Under the pieces are notes generated by a model, which saw nothing but the letters and a program-made list of their open reading frames with translations, was not told the origin of the DNA and did not search any database. The translations under genes were made by a program, and so were the position numbers. A stretch of DNA of 60,384 nt from an uncultured Thermoplasmatales archaeon (GTDB lineage: Archaea > Thermoplasmatota > E2 > UBA202 > JdFR-43), in the NCBI GenBank assembly GCA_965563795.1, contig CBEXJS010000002.1:1-60384 (forward strand), written 5' to 3'. Each line of letters begins with the position of its first letter. Position 1 is the first letter of the stretch. Of the stretch, positions 28,898 through 37,671 are shown in pieces.

Positions 28898-30337
28898 ATG
28901 AATCAGAGAACATTTCTGTTTATTTTATCTTTTATAATTATTGCACCATCGATCCTGCTACAAATTAATAAAGAAACAACATCCCATCCATTATATGCAG
29001 AATATTTTCTTGGGGATGTCCCCCTCAATATAACGGGAAATCTTAGTATTGGTGAAAAACCGTCTATTTCTAATTTGCTTATCCCTCCAAGCTGGGACTG
29101 GAGAAATTATTTAGGGCAAGATTGGACCACACCAGCAAAATATCAAGGACCTTGTGGCTCTTGCTGGGCTTTTGCTGCAATGGGAGCATTAGAATCTGTT
29201 ATAAAGATAAGGGAAGGATGCTCTCTTTTCAACCCAGATTTATCGGAGCAATATTTGCTCTCATGCCCGCCAAATAGTGGAGGATGTAGTGGGTGGAATG
29301 CCTATTATGCTTATGATTATTTATACAAGCATGGTGGGGCTTTGTTGGAGGATTGTTTTCCATATAGAGCAAATGATGAAATTCCATGTAGCCAAAAATG
29401 CGAAAACTGGTTAGAGAAGCTAGTTCCAATTAGTGGATATGGACGTTTTTATCAACCAGCTAGAGACTTCATGAAAAAATTCCTTGTTGAAAATGGACCA
29501 TTTGTTGTTCGCATGGCAGTATATAGTGATTTTTATCGTTATGATGGAGGCATATACGAACACCCGGGCATTGAACCACCAAGCGATATAAATCACGAAG
29601 TAATTATAGTAGGATATAACGATAGCCAGCAATATTGGATTTGTAAAAACAGCTGGGGAAAACAGTGGGGAGAAAATGGATTCTTTAGAATAAAATATGG
29701 AGATTGTCAGATTGAACACGACTTGATATATGTAAATTATAATGCAGACTCTTTTAACTGGCCTCCTATTGCTAACGCAGGTGATAGTTACAAAGGGAGG
29801 CCAAACGAGGAAATAATATTTGATGGTAGCGAGAGTGTTGATCCAGATAATGATATAGTCTTATATGAATGGAATTTTGGAGATGGAAGCTTTGCCAATG
29901 GAAAGACCGTTAAACATGCTTATACTAAAGAAAGAGTGTATACAGTGAGCCTAAAAGTTACAGATAGTGAAAACCATTCTAGCACAAATACAGCTCTTGT
30001 ATATATAGATGGAACCTCTCCAAATATCAAAATACTTCAGCCAAAAGAAGGATGCTTATATGTATTTGGCAAGGAATATGCACGCTTTTTTGGTTTTGTA
30101 TTTCGTAAGCCAGTAATAATTGGTCCAATTACAATATACGCTGATGCAAAAGATAATATGAAAATCGAGAAGGTTGAATTCTACATAGATGAAAACTTAG
30201 TTTATGAGTGTAAAAACCCACCTTATTCGTTTCATTGGAAAACAGCAACAAATGGACAGCACTCAATAAAAGTGATTGCATATGATTATGTAGGTAATAA
30301 AAACGAGGAAAATATGAATGTCATAAGATTTGGTTAA
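28898..30337 (+). CDS. Secreted papain-family (C1) cysteine peptidase with PKD domain and C-terminal Ig-like module
   Basis: Signal peptide. [18 protein letters not shown] contains the catalytic Cys89 (codon 29162-29164). His context is NHEVIIVGY, and the Asn/Trp block is [15 protein letters not shown]. The PKD-like segment is [23 protein letters not shown]...YTVSLKVTD. Confidence 0.88.
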   Translation: MNQRTFLFILSFIIIAPSILLQINKETTSHPLYAEYFLGDVPLNITGNLSIGEKPSISNLLIPPSWDWRNYLGQDWTTPAKYQGPCGSCWAFAAMGALESVIKIREGCSLFNPDLSEQYLLSCPPNSGGCSGWNAYYAYDYLYKHGGALLEDCFPYRANDEIPCSQKCENWLEKLVPISGYGRFYQPARDFMKKFLVENGPFVVRMAVYSDFYRYDGGIYEHPGIEPPSDINHEVIIVGYNDSQQYWICKNSWGKQWGENGFFRIKYGDCQIEHDLIYVNYNADSFNWPPIANAGDSYKGRPNEEIIFDGSESVDPDNDIVLYEWNFGDGSFANGKTVKHAYTKERVYTVSLKVTDSENHSSTNTALVYIDGTSPNIKILQPKEGCLYVFGKEYARFFGFVFRKPVIIGPITIYADAKDNMKIEKVEFYIDENLVYECKNPPYSFHWKTATNGQHSIKVIAYDYVGNKNEENMNVIRFG

Positions 30338-30360
30338 AAGGGATATTTTATTCTGCAACC

Positions 30361-30368
30361 TTTATATA
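30361..30368 (+). promoter_or_regulatory. TATA box of rps15 (leaderless configuration)
   Basis: TTTATATA at -29 to -22 relative to ATG 30390. Confidence 0.5.
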
Positions 30369-30389
30369 TTAGAAGGTTATATCCAAACA

Positions 30390-30815
30390 ATGGCACGAAT
30401 GCATGCAAGGAGAAGAGGCAAATCCGGTTCAAAACATCCAGTAGAGAGAATGCACCCAGAATGGAGTTTAAAACCAGAAGAAATCGAGCAATTAATTGTA
30501 AAATTGGCTGAAGAAGGTAAGCCACCATCAATGATTGGCTTAATACTACGTGACTCCTATGGTATTCCAGACGTAAAAGCAGCATTAGGGAAAAAACTCA
30601 CTCAAGTACTTAAAGAGCATGATTTATTGCCGCCTATTCCAGAAGATTTGGCTAATTTACTGGAAAAGAGAGCTAACTTAATAAAGCATTTACAAGAGCA
30701 CAAAAAAGATATTCATAATAGGAGGAGATTGCAACTTATTGAAGCAAAAATAAATAGACTCGTTAAATACTATAAAAGAGAGGGAGTTTTGCCTGAGAAT
30801 TGGAGTTATTCATAA
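30390..30815 (+). CDS. rps15: 30S ribosomal protein uS15 (S15P/S13e)
   Basis: [17 protein letters not shown]... is the archaeal/eukaryotic S13e-type N-terminus, followed by a C-terminal S15 helix bundle ([20 protein letters not shown]). The track start 30330 is over-extended. Confidence 0.88.
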   Translation: MARMHARRRGKSGSKHPVERMHPEWSLKPEEIEQLIVKLAEEGKPPSMIGLILRDSYGIPDVKAALGKKLTQVLKEHDLLPPIPEDLANLLEKRANLIKHLQEHKKDIHNRRRLQLIEAKINRLVKYYKREGVLPENWSYS

Positions 30816-31540
30816 TTTTTATTCCTTTGTCTTTCTATAGCTTCTTCAAGTTCTATCTCCCCCATTAAAACTTTTTTGGCTAATTCCTTAGAAATAGTAA
30901 TGTTTTTGCTTTTTATCCTACTCAGCCTTTGCATTTCTTTGATCTCTCCTTCTTTTGGTTCAATAGAAAGATTCTCTTTTACTTCTACGCCTTTTGTCAT
31001 TGCAATTGAAGAAGCTGCAAGAGCGTCATCATCTATGCACGGGATGGAAGCTTCATTTACCACTTCAATTTTTATTTTTTCTTTTCTGAGTAAGTTAATT
31101 ATTCTATTTCTTATTAATCTTGCACCATCCCCAATCCTTACAATAATATCATTTGCAGAAACATCTTTTATAAATGATTTTATAAAGTCAACAGCTTTAT
31201 CTGGAGATTTTGCAACAAATCTCCTCAACAACATTTCATTTCCATAAATTGCTATTCCTATATTTATGCCAGGATCAATTCCAAATATAATTTTTGCATT
31301 TTCACAATATTCCATAAGCAATGCTTTGTCGACCATATTTTCAACATTACAATTTGCTTTGCATGCAACAAGCTTATCAAACTTAATATTGTTTTTTTCT
31401 TCTTCAGAAGTAATTATAACCCCAACATTTGGAGGAATTTCTTCATTAAAAGTAAGAGAGACAAATGGAATGTTTCTTTTCCTAAGTACATTTACCAAAT
31501 CATAATACAAGGAGAAGTTCGAGGTTAATAATCCAATCAC
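30806..31540 (-). CDS. Hypothetical protein with RNase H-fold (RuvC/YqgF-like) centre
   Basis: 244 aa. The segment [17 protein letters not shown] resembles the first acidic motif of RuvC/YqgF-type nucleases. The rest is unrecognised. Confidence 0.35.
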   Translation of the reverse strand: MIGLLTSNFSLYYDLVNVLRKRNIPFVSLTFNEEIPPNVGVIITSEEEKNNIKFDKLVACKANCNVENMVDKALLMEYCENAKIIFGIDPGINIGIAIYGNEMLLRRFVAKSPDKAVDFIKSFIKDVSANDIIVRIGDGARLIRNRIINLLRKEKIKIEVVNEASIPCIDDDALAASSIAMTKGVEVKENLSIEPKEGEIKEMQRLSRIKSKNITISKELAKKVLMGEIELEEAIERQRNKNYE

Positions 31541-31594
31541 AATTTTATAAAGGCATATTATTTAAACTTTATATTATTTGCAGAAATAACAATC

Positions 31595-31864
31595 ATGAAA
31601 AGAGCCCATGTAAAGATTTATGGCAAAGTGCAGGGGGTATGGTTTAGAGCCCACACAAAAGAAATGGCGGATAAGCTTGGCATAAAGGGATGGGTAAGAA
31701 ATGTTCCAGATGGAAGTGTTGAGGCTGTTTTTGAAGGTGATGATGAAGCTGTTGAAGAAATAATAAAATGGTGCCATCATGGTCCGCCGTTGGCAAGAGT
31801 AGATAAAGTGGAAGTGAGTTATGAAGAGCCAAAAGGAGAAAAAGATTTTAGAATTATTTATTAA
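31595..31864 (+). CDS. acyP: Acylphosphatase
   Basis: 89 aa: [16 protein letters not shown]...[20 protein letters not shown]...GPPLARV. Confidence 0.88.
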   Translation: MKRAHVKIYGKVQGVWFRAHTKEMADKLGIKGWVRNVPDGSVEAVFEGDDEAVEEIIKWCHHGPPLARVDKVEVSYEEPKGEKDFRIIY

Positions 31865-32961
31865 ATTATCTTTTCTCTTTTTATCCATTCTCTAAAGAAA
31901 AAATCAGCGATTCTGTTTTCGTGAATTATGCCCATTTTTTCTAATGTTATTATTGCTTTTCTAATGTGGGCGAATGATTTTAAGTCGTGCTCTTCAATGA
32001 ACTTTGTGTTTGGTTTGAAATTTTTATCTTCTTTAGCCATTATAATCAACAATCTTCTTTGATATTCACTTCTTACATTTCTCCATATAATTTCAAATCC
32101 AGGACTAAAGGAAGAGATAAGATTATCCATTGCTTTTTTTACCACTTTCAAATCAATATTTTCTGCAAGATTCCATGCCTCATGGCATATGGCCTGCACG
32201 TAGAAAGGGATGCCCTCGCTGAAATCCAGTATAAAATTTATTGCACTTTTACTAATTTTTTTACCTGTCTCTTTAAACTTTTCAACAATAAATTTTTCTA
32301 AATCCTCTCTCTTTATTGGACCGAGTTTCACCATTTTTCCAAATCTATAAAATGGGCGTTCTTCATTTTCAAATATTAATGATATTAGATGCTTTTCACT
32401 ACCCGCAAAAAGATAAGAAACATTTCTTTGCTTCTCCATTATTGCTCTCATTAGTTTTTCTATCTCTAAACCATCAAATTTTTCTATCTCTTGGAACTCA
32501 TCAAACGCAATGATTAATCTTTTCTTTTTCCCCTTTTTATCTAAAAACTCAAGCGCTTCTTCCAAAAGTTCTTTTTTATCTCTAAATAATGGTTCAACAG
32601 CTATTTTATCTCCTTCAATTATTATTCTTACGCTTATTTTCTCAAAAAATTTTTTTATTTCATTTATTGCCTTTTCAAAAGAGGAGTATGCTTTTCTTAT
32701 TACCTCAGCTATTAATAGTTTTGCAAAATCTTCTTTTGTTATAACACTCTGTAAATTAATCCTTATTGCTATTGCTTTCCCTCCTCTATTTATCCTTCTA
32801 AACATCTCCTCTATAAGAGAGGATTTCCCCATTTTTCTGGGAGAATATAATATGATGTGCTGTCCAGAAAGCAAATCATTCATTATGCCATTTATTTCTT
32901 TTTCCCTATCAACAAAATATTTTCCCGTTACAATTGTTCCGTAAATGAAAGGATTTTTCAT
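31861..32961 (-). CDS. Archaeal ATPase family protein (AAA+ P-loop, Arch_ATPase/DUF234-like)
   Basis: 366 aa with FVDREKEI, Walker [12 protein letters not shown] and Walker B IIAFDEFQ. Confidence 0.7.
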   Translation of the reverse strand: MKNPFIYGTIVTGKYFVDREKEINGIMNDLLSGQHIILYSPRKMGKSSLIEEMFRRINRGGKAIAIRINLQSVITKEDFAKLLIAEVIRKAYSSFEKAINEIKKFFEKISVRIIIEGDKIAVEPLFRDKKELLEEALEFLDKKGKKKRLIIAFDEFQEIEKFDGLEIEKLMRAIMEKQRNVSYLFAGSEKHLISLIFENEERPFYRFGKMVKLGPIKREDLEKFIVEKFKETGKKISKSAINFILDFSEGIPFYVQAICHEAWNLAENIDLKVVKKAMDNLISSFSPGFEIIWRNVRSEYQRRLLIIMAKEDKNFKPNTKFIEEHDLKSFAHIRKAIITLEKMGIIHENRIADFFFREWIKREKII

Positions 32962-33001
32962 AAAATTAAATACGCTAAGTTTAATAACCTTTTGGTTATA
33001 A

Positions 33002-33763
33002 CTATTTAGTTATAACTTCTAAGTAATTAGAAACAATTCTTTTTATATTCTCACATTCTCCATGAAAATAAGCTTTTTTACAATTTGGTGTCTTATTTAT
33101 CATTTCCTCAATTAATTTTTCATTTAAATAAGGAATTGCATATTTTGCAGCAATATGTCCAAATGCAACCTTTTTATTAAAAGCTATATCAGTAAAACGA
33201 GGGGCATAGTGTCCACCGCCTATTCCAATTGCAACATCATAATTTTTTCTTTCCAGTTCAAGTATCACTTCTGCTATAGCTTTGCAAGCTTTTTTATCAT
33301 TCCATTCTTTTTCTGTGCTTCCTACTTCTATAAAAAAGCACGGCTTTTCCAAATAGGGACCATGATGAGTTGCTTCATAACACACTTCGTATCCATCTAT
33401 ATCTTTTTCTTTAAGCAATTCTAAAGCATTTCTCATAAGTAATGGCTCACAAAGAACAAGCTTTCTATCCTTTCCTCCATACTCAGCCTTGCTGTAATTT
33501 CCAACAGCATGCACTGTCAATGTTTTTCTTTTTGCCATTGATGCATGACGAGATGCAAAAATTATTGTATCAATTTCATATCCTTTGCTTTCAATTTCTT
33601 TATCAATGTTATCATGGTAAATATGTGTATCTTCAATAAAATAGATTATTTTATCATCTGAGAAATAAATCCCATTTTTCTCTTTCCATTTCTCTAATGA
33701 TAGCAAAAACTTTCCTATATTAATGCTTGCAATATCTTCCTTTGATACAATTATGCAGCGCAT
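33002..33763 (-). CDS. dtdA: D-aminoacyl-tRNA deacylase, archaeal DtdA type
   Basis: 253 aa with YEATHHGP and GIGGGHYAPRF blocks typical of DtdA. Confidence 0.7.
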   Translation of the reverse strand: MRCIIVSKEDIASINIGKFLLSLEKWKEKNGIYFSDDKIIYFIEDTHIYHDNIDKEIESKGYEIDTIIFASRHASMAKRKTLTVHAVGNYSKAEYGGKDRKLVLCEPLLMRNALELLKEKDIDGYEVCYEATHHGPYLEKPCFFIEVGSTEKEWNDKKACKAIAEVILELERKNYDVAIGIGGGHYAPRFTDIAFNKKVAFGHIAAKYAIPYLNEKLIEEMINKTPNCKKAYFHGECENIKRIVSNYLEVITK

Positions 33764-33764
33764 G

Positions 33765-34157
33765 CTATCTTTTTATTTCTTTTATTGCATCTTTTATTAT
33801 TTTTTCATGGTCAAAAGCCAATGGTGGCAAGTTATCTAAGCTGAAAAATTTTGCATCTGCTGCATCATCTCCTGCTTTTGGCTCTCCTTCTGCTTCCAGC
33901 AAGAAAACAACAGATATTACATGCCCTCTTGGATCCCTATCAGGCTCAGAATATACTCCTAACAATTTCTTTATTTTTGCTTTAATGCCCACCTCTTCTT
34001 GAAATTCTCTGAGAACAGCATCCTCTACTCTTTCTCCATATTCAACAAATCCACCTGGCAAAGCCCATTTATCCTTGAATGGCTCGTTTTTCCTTTTTAT
34101 TAGCAAAATTTTCCCATTTTTTATTAATACTCCATCTACCGCAACGCTTGGTTTCAT
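33765..34157 (-). CDS. NUDIX hydrolase
   Basis: The Nudix box is GGFVEYGERVEDAVLREFQEEVGI. It overlaps the upstream C25 gene by 4 nt. Confidence 0.88.
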   Translation of the reverse strand: MKPSVAVDGVLIKNGKILLIKRKNEPFKDKWALPGGFVEYGERVEDAVLREFQEEVGIKAKIKKLLGVYSEPDRDPRGHVISVVFLLEAEGEPKAGDDAADAKFFSLDNLPPLAFDHEKIIKDAIKEIKR

Positions 34158-36379
34158 AGCATCACCGCAAAAATTTTCACTTCATCTTCCGCCACATTAT
34201 CTGCCATATCATAACCCACAACCTTGATTTCATGATTTCCTAAAACTCCCTTTAGCTTCCAGGTAAATGGAGAATCGTAATCTGTATACATAAGTTCATT
34301 ATCTAAATAAAATTCCACTCTTGCAACATCTCCTTCTGCCACAACATCTATTCTTCCTATTATAATAGCAATTTCTTTGTTTATGTCAATCAATTTTCTG
34401 TTGAAAAGGTATATGGCGCCTTCTTCAGGCTTTGTTATATTTATAGATGGCGAAGAGAAGTCAAAATAACATGAAGTATCAGCAACAGCAGGCTTATTTT
34501 CTGTGTAATTTCCCACCCTTATTGAAGTATAGAACTCATAATATCCTTCTTCTTCTTCTGGCAAAAATTCCCATTCATAAGGAGGAGAATATAGAGTGTC
34601 ATACAACTGCCAGCCTCCCCAAAACAATCCTACCTTCCTATAATATAAATCTATAGTTACATTCGTTTCCTGTGTTTCAGCCCATATCTTGATGGCAGTA
34701 TTTGACCTATTTTTGCTTGCTATAGCTTTTGATGTTAATGGCTGGGAAGAAATTTTTATAGATGGGTCTCCAAGCAAATTATATTCTATAACTGTAAGAA
34801 CATCATAATCATTCTTAAATGGGTGATTTGTTAAATAATCCTCTTTAGCCCTAGCAAAAATTTCTCCAATAGATAAGCAACCATCATAGTGTGCTTTAAA
34901 GAAAGCTTTATCTAAATATCCACTCAATCCTCCCTTTATTGATTTGCCAAGATAAACATAGGCAACTCTGCTACTCCCAGCGTAAGCAATTGCTCCACCA
35001 TTAGCACGCAATACAAACCTCTCTCCTAAGCAATCTGTTGTATCAAATTGATTCGTTGAGCAAGCCATAGCAAATACAATGGGCAAAAAGCGATTTGTAA
35101 GCATATTTACATGGCTTATATAAAAGCCACTGAGTTGCCATCCCATTCCATATGGACTGCCATGGGAGGCAAAATTCACAAAGAGCATGCCTTTCTTAAT
35201 ATATTTAATAATATTTTCTGCGGTTGAATATCCATCACTTGGATAGACGTTTGTTTCATATAGCTTTATTATTTCCATATTTATTTCTTGGCTTATGATT
35301 TCTTTTAAATAATCCCCCTCACTAATTTCTGTATCCCAGAAAAGCTCGGTCCCAACCATTAATGCTCTCATTGGTGGCTCTTCATAGTTTATAATTTTGT
35401 TAATCAAAATTTTTAACCCATTCTCCTCACTTGCTGGCAATCTCCCAATATAGATATCTGGATATAAATCTGGTTTATCATCTAATCTCTCTCCATAAAG
35501 ACCATCCTTATCTAAATCCCAAGAGCAAAAGCTTCCATTTGCATAATAAACGTCTGCAAAATATAAATCAGAAGGCACATCTTCAATTACAGTATAAGCA
35601 TATCTTACAGGCAAAATATCCGCATCTCCAGCAAGAATAACATATTTTATTCCCCATTGCTCAATTGCATTTTTAATGAAATATTTTATTTTTTCAGCAT
35701 CATCTCTTCCTTGGCATGGAAAATACAAACCATTATATATTTCATCTAAGGAGATAACTATTGTTTTTATTCCTTGGCTCTCCTTAAACTGTTTTAATTC
35801 CTGTAATTCATCTTCAAATTTGCTTGGGCAAATGATAAGCAAGTCATATTCATCTTTGTTAAACAATGGCTGAGAAGGTAATTTGTAATCAATGGAAATG
35901 TCGAAATCCTTTGCATATAAAACTTCATTTCTTATAGCATTGTATCTCACTGGATAGAGATAAATGTTTAAGAAAACAACATGCTTTCCATCTTTTATTC
36001 CCATTCCTATGCTATAATCATACCATTCATTTGGATAAAATTCATCCTTGCTATAAATTTCTCCTTCCTTTATTTCGTATTTATATTCCATATTCAATGG
36101 CATAGCTGGTGGAGCTGGCTGTATCTTCTTTTCAAGCTTTATTTCCTCAATTTTCTTTGCTTCAACGTTTATTTCATTTATTTTTGTTCCAGCAGGATAC
36201 GTATATGTCTTTACATAATATGGCAATATAGGATAGCCTTCACTGTACATATACAAAGCATTTTCAAGCTGTAAAATGCAATAGTTGCCATTGTCAATAA
36301 TTGGTAAATCATCATCATTTTCTGCCCTAATAAAAGGCAGGAAAAGAAGCACAACTAAAATTGACATAAATTTTCTCAT
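34154..36379 (-). CDS. Secreted peptidase C25 (gingipain-like), paralog 2, with C-terminal Ig-like module
   Basis: Blocks KDEYDLLIICPS and DDAEKIKYFIKNAIEQWGIKYVILAGD. Dyad contexts are VNFASHGSP and IVFAMACSTNQF. ATG 36379 (MRKFMSILVVLLFL signal peptide) forms an ATGA overlap with the asnS stop. The track start 36451 runs into asnS. Confidence 0.8.
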   Translation of the reverse strand: MRKFMSILVVLLFLPFIRAENDDDLPIIDNGNYCILQLENALYMYSEGYPILPYYVKTYTYPAGTKINEINVEAKKIEEIKLEKKIQPAPPAMPLNMEYKYEIKEGEIYSKDEFYPNEWYDYSIGMGIKDGKHVVFLNIYLYPVRYNAIRNEVLYAKDFDISIDYKLPSQPLFNKDEYDLLIICPSKFEDELQELKQFKESQGIKTIVISLDEIYNGLYFPCQGRDDAEKIKYFIKNAIEQWGIKYVILAGDADILPVRYAYTVIEDVPSDLYFADVYYANGSFCSWDLDKDGLYGERLDDKPDLYPDIYIGRLPASEENGLKILINKIINYEEPPMRALMVGTELFWDTEISEGDYLKEIISQEINMEIIKLYETNVYPSDGYSTAENIIKYIKKGMLFVNFASHGSPYGMGWQLSGFYISHVNMLTNRFLPIVFAMACSTNQFDTTDCLGERFVLRANGGAIAYAGSSRVAYVYLGKSIKGGLSGYLDKAFFKAHYDGCLSIGEIFARAKEDYLTNHPFKNDYDVLTVIEYNLLGDPSIKISSQPLTSKAIASKNRSNTAIKIWAETQETNVTIDLYYRKVGLFWGGWQLYDTLYSPPYEWEFLPEEEEGYYEFYTSIRVGNYTENKPAVADTSCYFDFSSPSINITKPEEGAIYLFNRKLIDINKEIAIIIGRIDVVAEGDVARVEFYLDNELMYTDYDSPFTWKLKGVLGNHEIKVVGYDMADNVAEDEVKIFAVML

Positions 36380-37665
36380 GGATATGCCCTCCTTAGTAAG
36401 CGTGGAAATGGAGTTGCATCTCTTATATGCTCCAATTTTGCAAGCCAGCAAATTAGTCTTTCCATTCCCAATCCAAAGCCTGAATGAGGAACTGAGCCAT
36501 AGCGACGCAAATCAAAATACCATTGATAATTTTCAATGTTAGCACCATCTTTTTTAAGCCTCTCTATCATTGATTCAATATCTTCTTCCCTTTCAGAGCC
36601 TCCTATTATTTCTCCATATCCTTCCGGAGCCAGCATATCTGCACATTCTACAGTCTTTTTATCTGGAGAAAGTTTCATGTAAAATGCTTTTGATTCTGCT
36701 GGAAAGTGGGTTACAAATATTGGCTTATCCTCTCCTTCTACCAACGCCTTTTCATGTGGCGCTCCAAAATCATCACCCCATTGTATATCAAAGCCTTTTT
36801 CCTGCAAAATTTTGATTGCATCCTTGTATTTTATTCTTTTGAAAGGTGGCTCAACAGCCATTAAGTCTTTTGGGTCTCTTCCAAGAAATTCTAACTGCTC
36901 CTTGCATTCTTTAGCAACTTTTTGGCATACATAGCTTATCATTTCTTCCTGCAATTTCATATTTTCTTCGTTTCTCACCCATGCTTCCTCTGCCTCCAAA
37001 TGCCAGTACTCTATTAAATGCCTTCTTGTTCTCGATTTCTCCGCTCTAAACGAAGGAGTTAAACTCCATACTCTTTCCAAGGAAAAAATCAAAGCTTCTA
37101 AATACATCTGGGCTGTCTGGCTTAAATACGCTTTTTGCCCAAAGTAATCAAAGGAGAAAACTGTTGCTCCTCCCTCGGCAGCATTCATTGTAATAACGCT
37201 TGGAGTAACCTCCCAAAATTCATTCTCATCAAACCATTCCCTTATAAATTTCAAAACCTTTGCCTTTAATTTCATTACTTCCGTTAGCTTCCTGGAACGA
37301 AGCCATAAATGACGGTTGTCAAGCAAAAATTCAACACTCTGATATTCTGTTATAGGAAATTCTTCAGCAAAGCTAATAACATTGAATTTTGTAGCATGAA
37401 TTTCTCTACCCCCAGGAGCTCTTTCATCTTCATGAATTATTCCTTCTACTTCAACAGATGATTCAATTAAAGCTTTTTTTGCATTTTTGAAATCCTCCTC
37501 AGCTACTTTTCCCTTTTCAACAATAACTTGGATTATACCTGTTGAATCTCTCACAACAACAAAAATTATTTTTCCCCCTTTCCTTTTCCTATAAATCCAT
37601 CCTCTTATCTTTGTTTTTTCTCCCTCTCCTTTTTTCAATGCATCTCTTATTTTTTCAAATTCCAT
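36376..37665 (-). CDS. asnS: Asparagine--tRNA ligase
   Basis: 429 aa, class IIb. Near-collinear by eye with archaeal AsnRS: SLTPSFRAEKSRTRRHL.E.WHLE, DMLAPEGYGEIIGGS.RE, YGSVPHSGFGLG.ERL and ending FPR....YP. Confidence 0.88.
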   Translation of the reverse strand: MEFEKIRDALKKGEGEKTKIRGWIYRKRKGGKIIFVVVRDSTGIIQVIVEKGKVAEEDFKNAKKALIESSVEVEGIIHEDERAPGGREIHATKFNVISFAEEFPITEYQSVEFLLDNRHLWLRSRKLTEVMKLKAKVLKFIREWFDENEFWEVTPSVITMNAAEGGATVFSFDYFGQKAYLSQTAQMYLEALIFSLERVWSLTPSFRAEKSRTRRHLIEYWHLEAEEAWVRNEENMKLQEEMISYVCQKVAKECKEQLEFLGRDPKDLMAVEPPFKRIKYKDAIKILQEKGFDIQWGDDFGAPHEKALVEGEDKPIFVTHFPAESKAFYMKLSPDKKTVECADMLAPEGYGEIIGGSEREEDIESMIERLKKDGANIENYQWYFDLRRYGSVPHSGFGLGMERLICWLAKLEHIRDATPFPRLLRRAYP

Positions 37666-37671
37666 CGTTTT

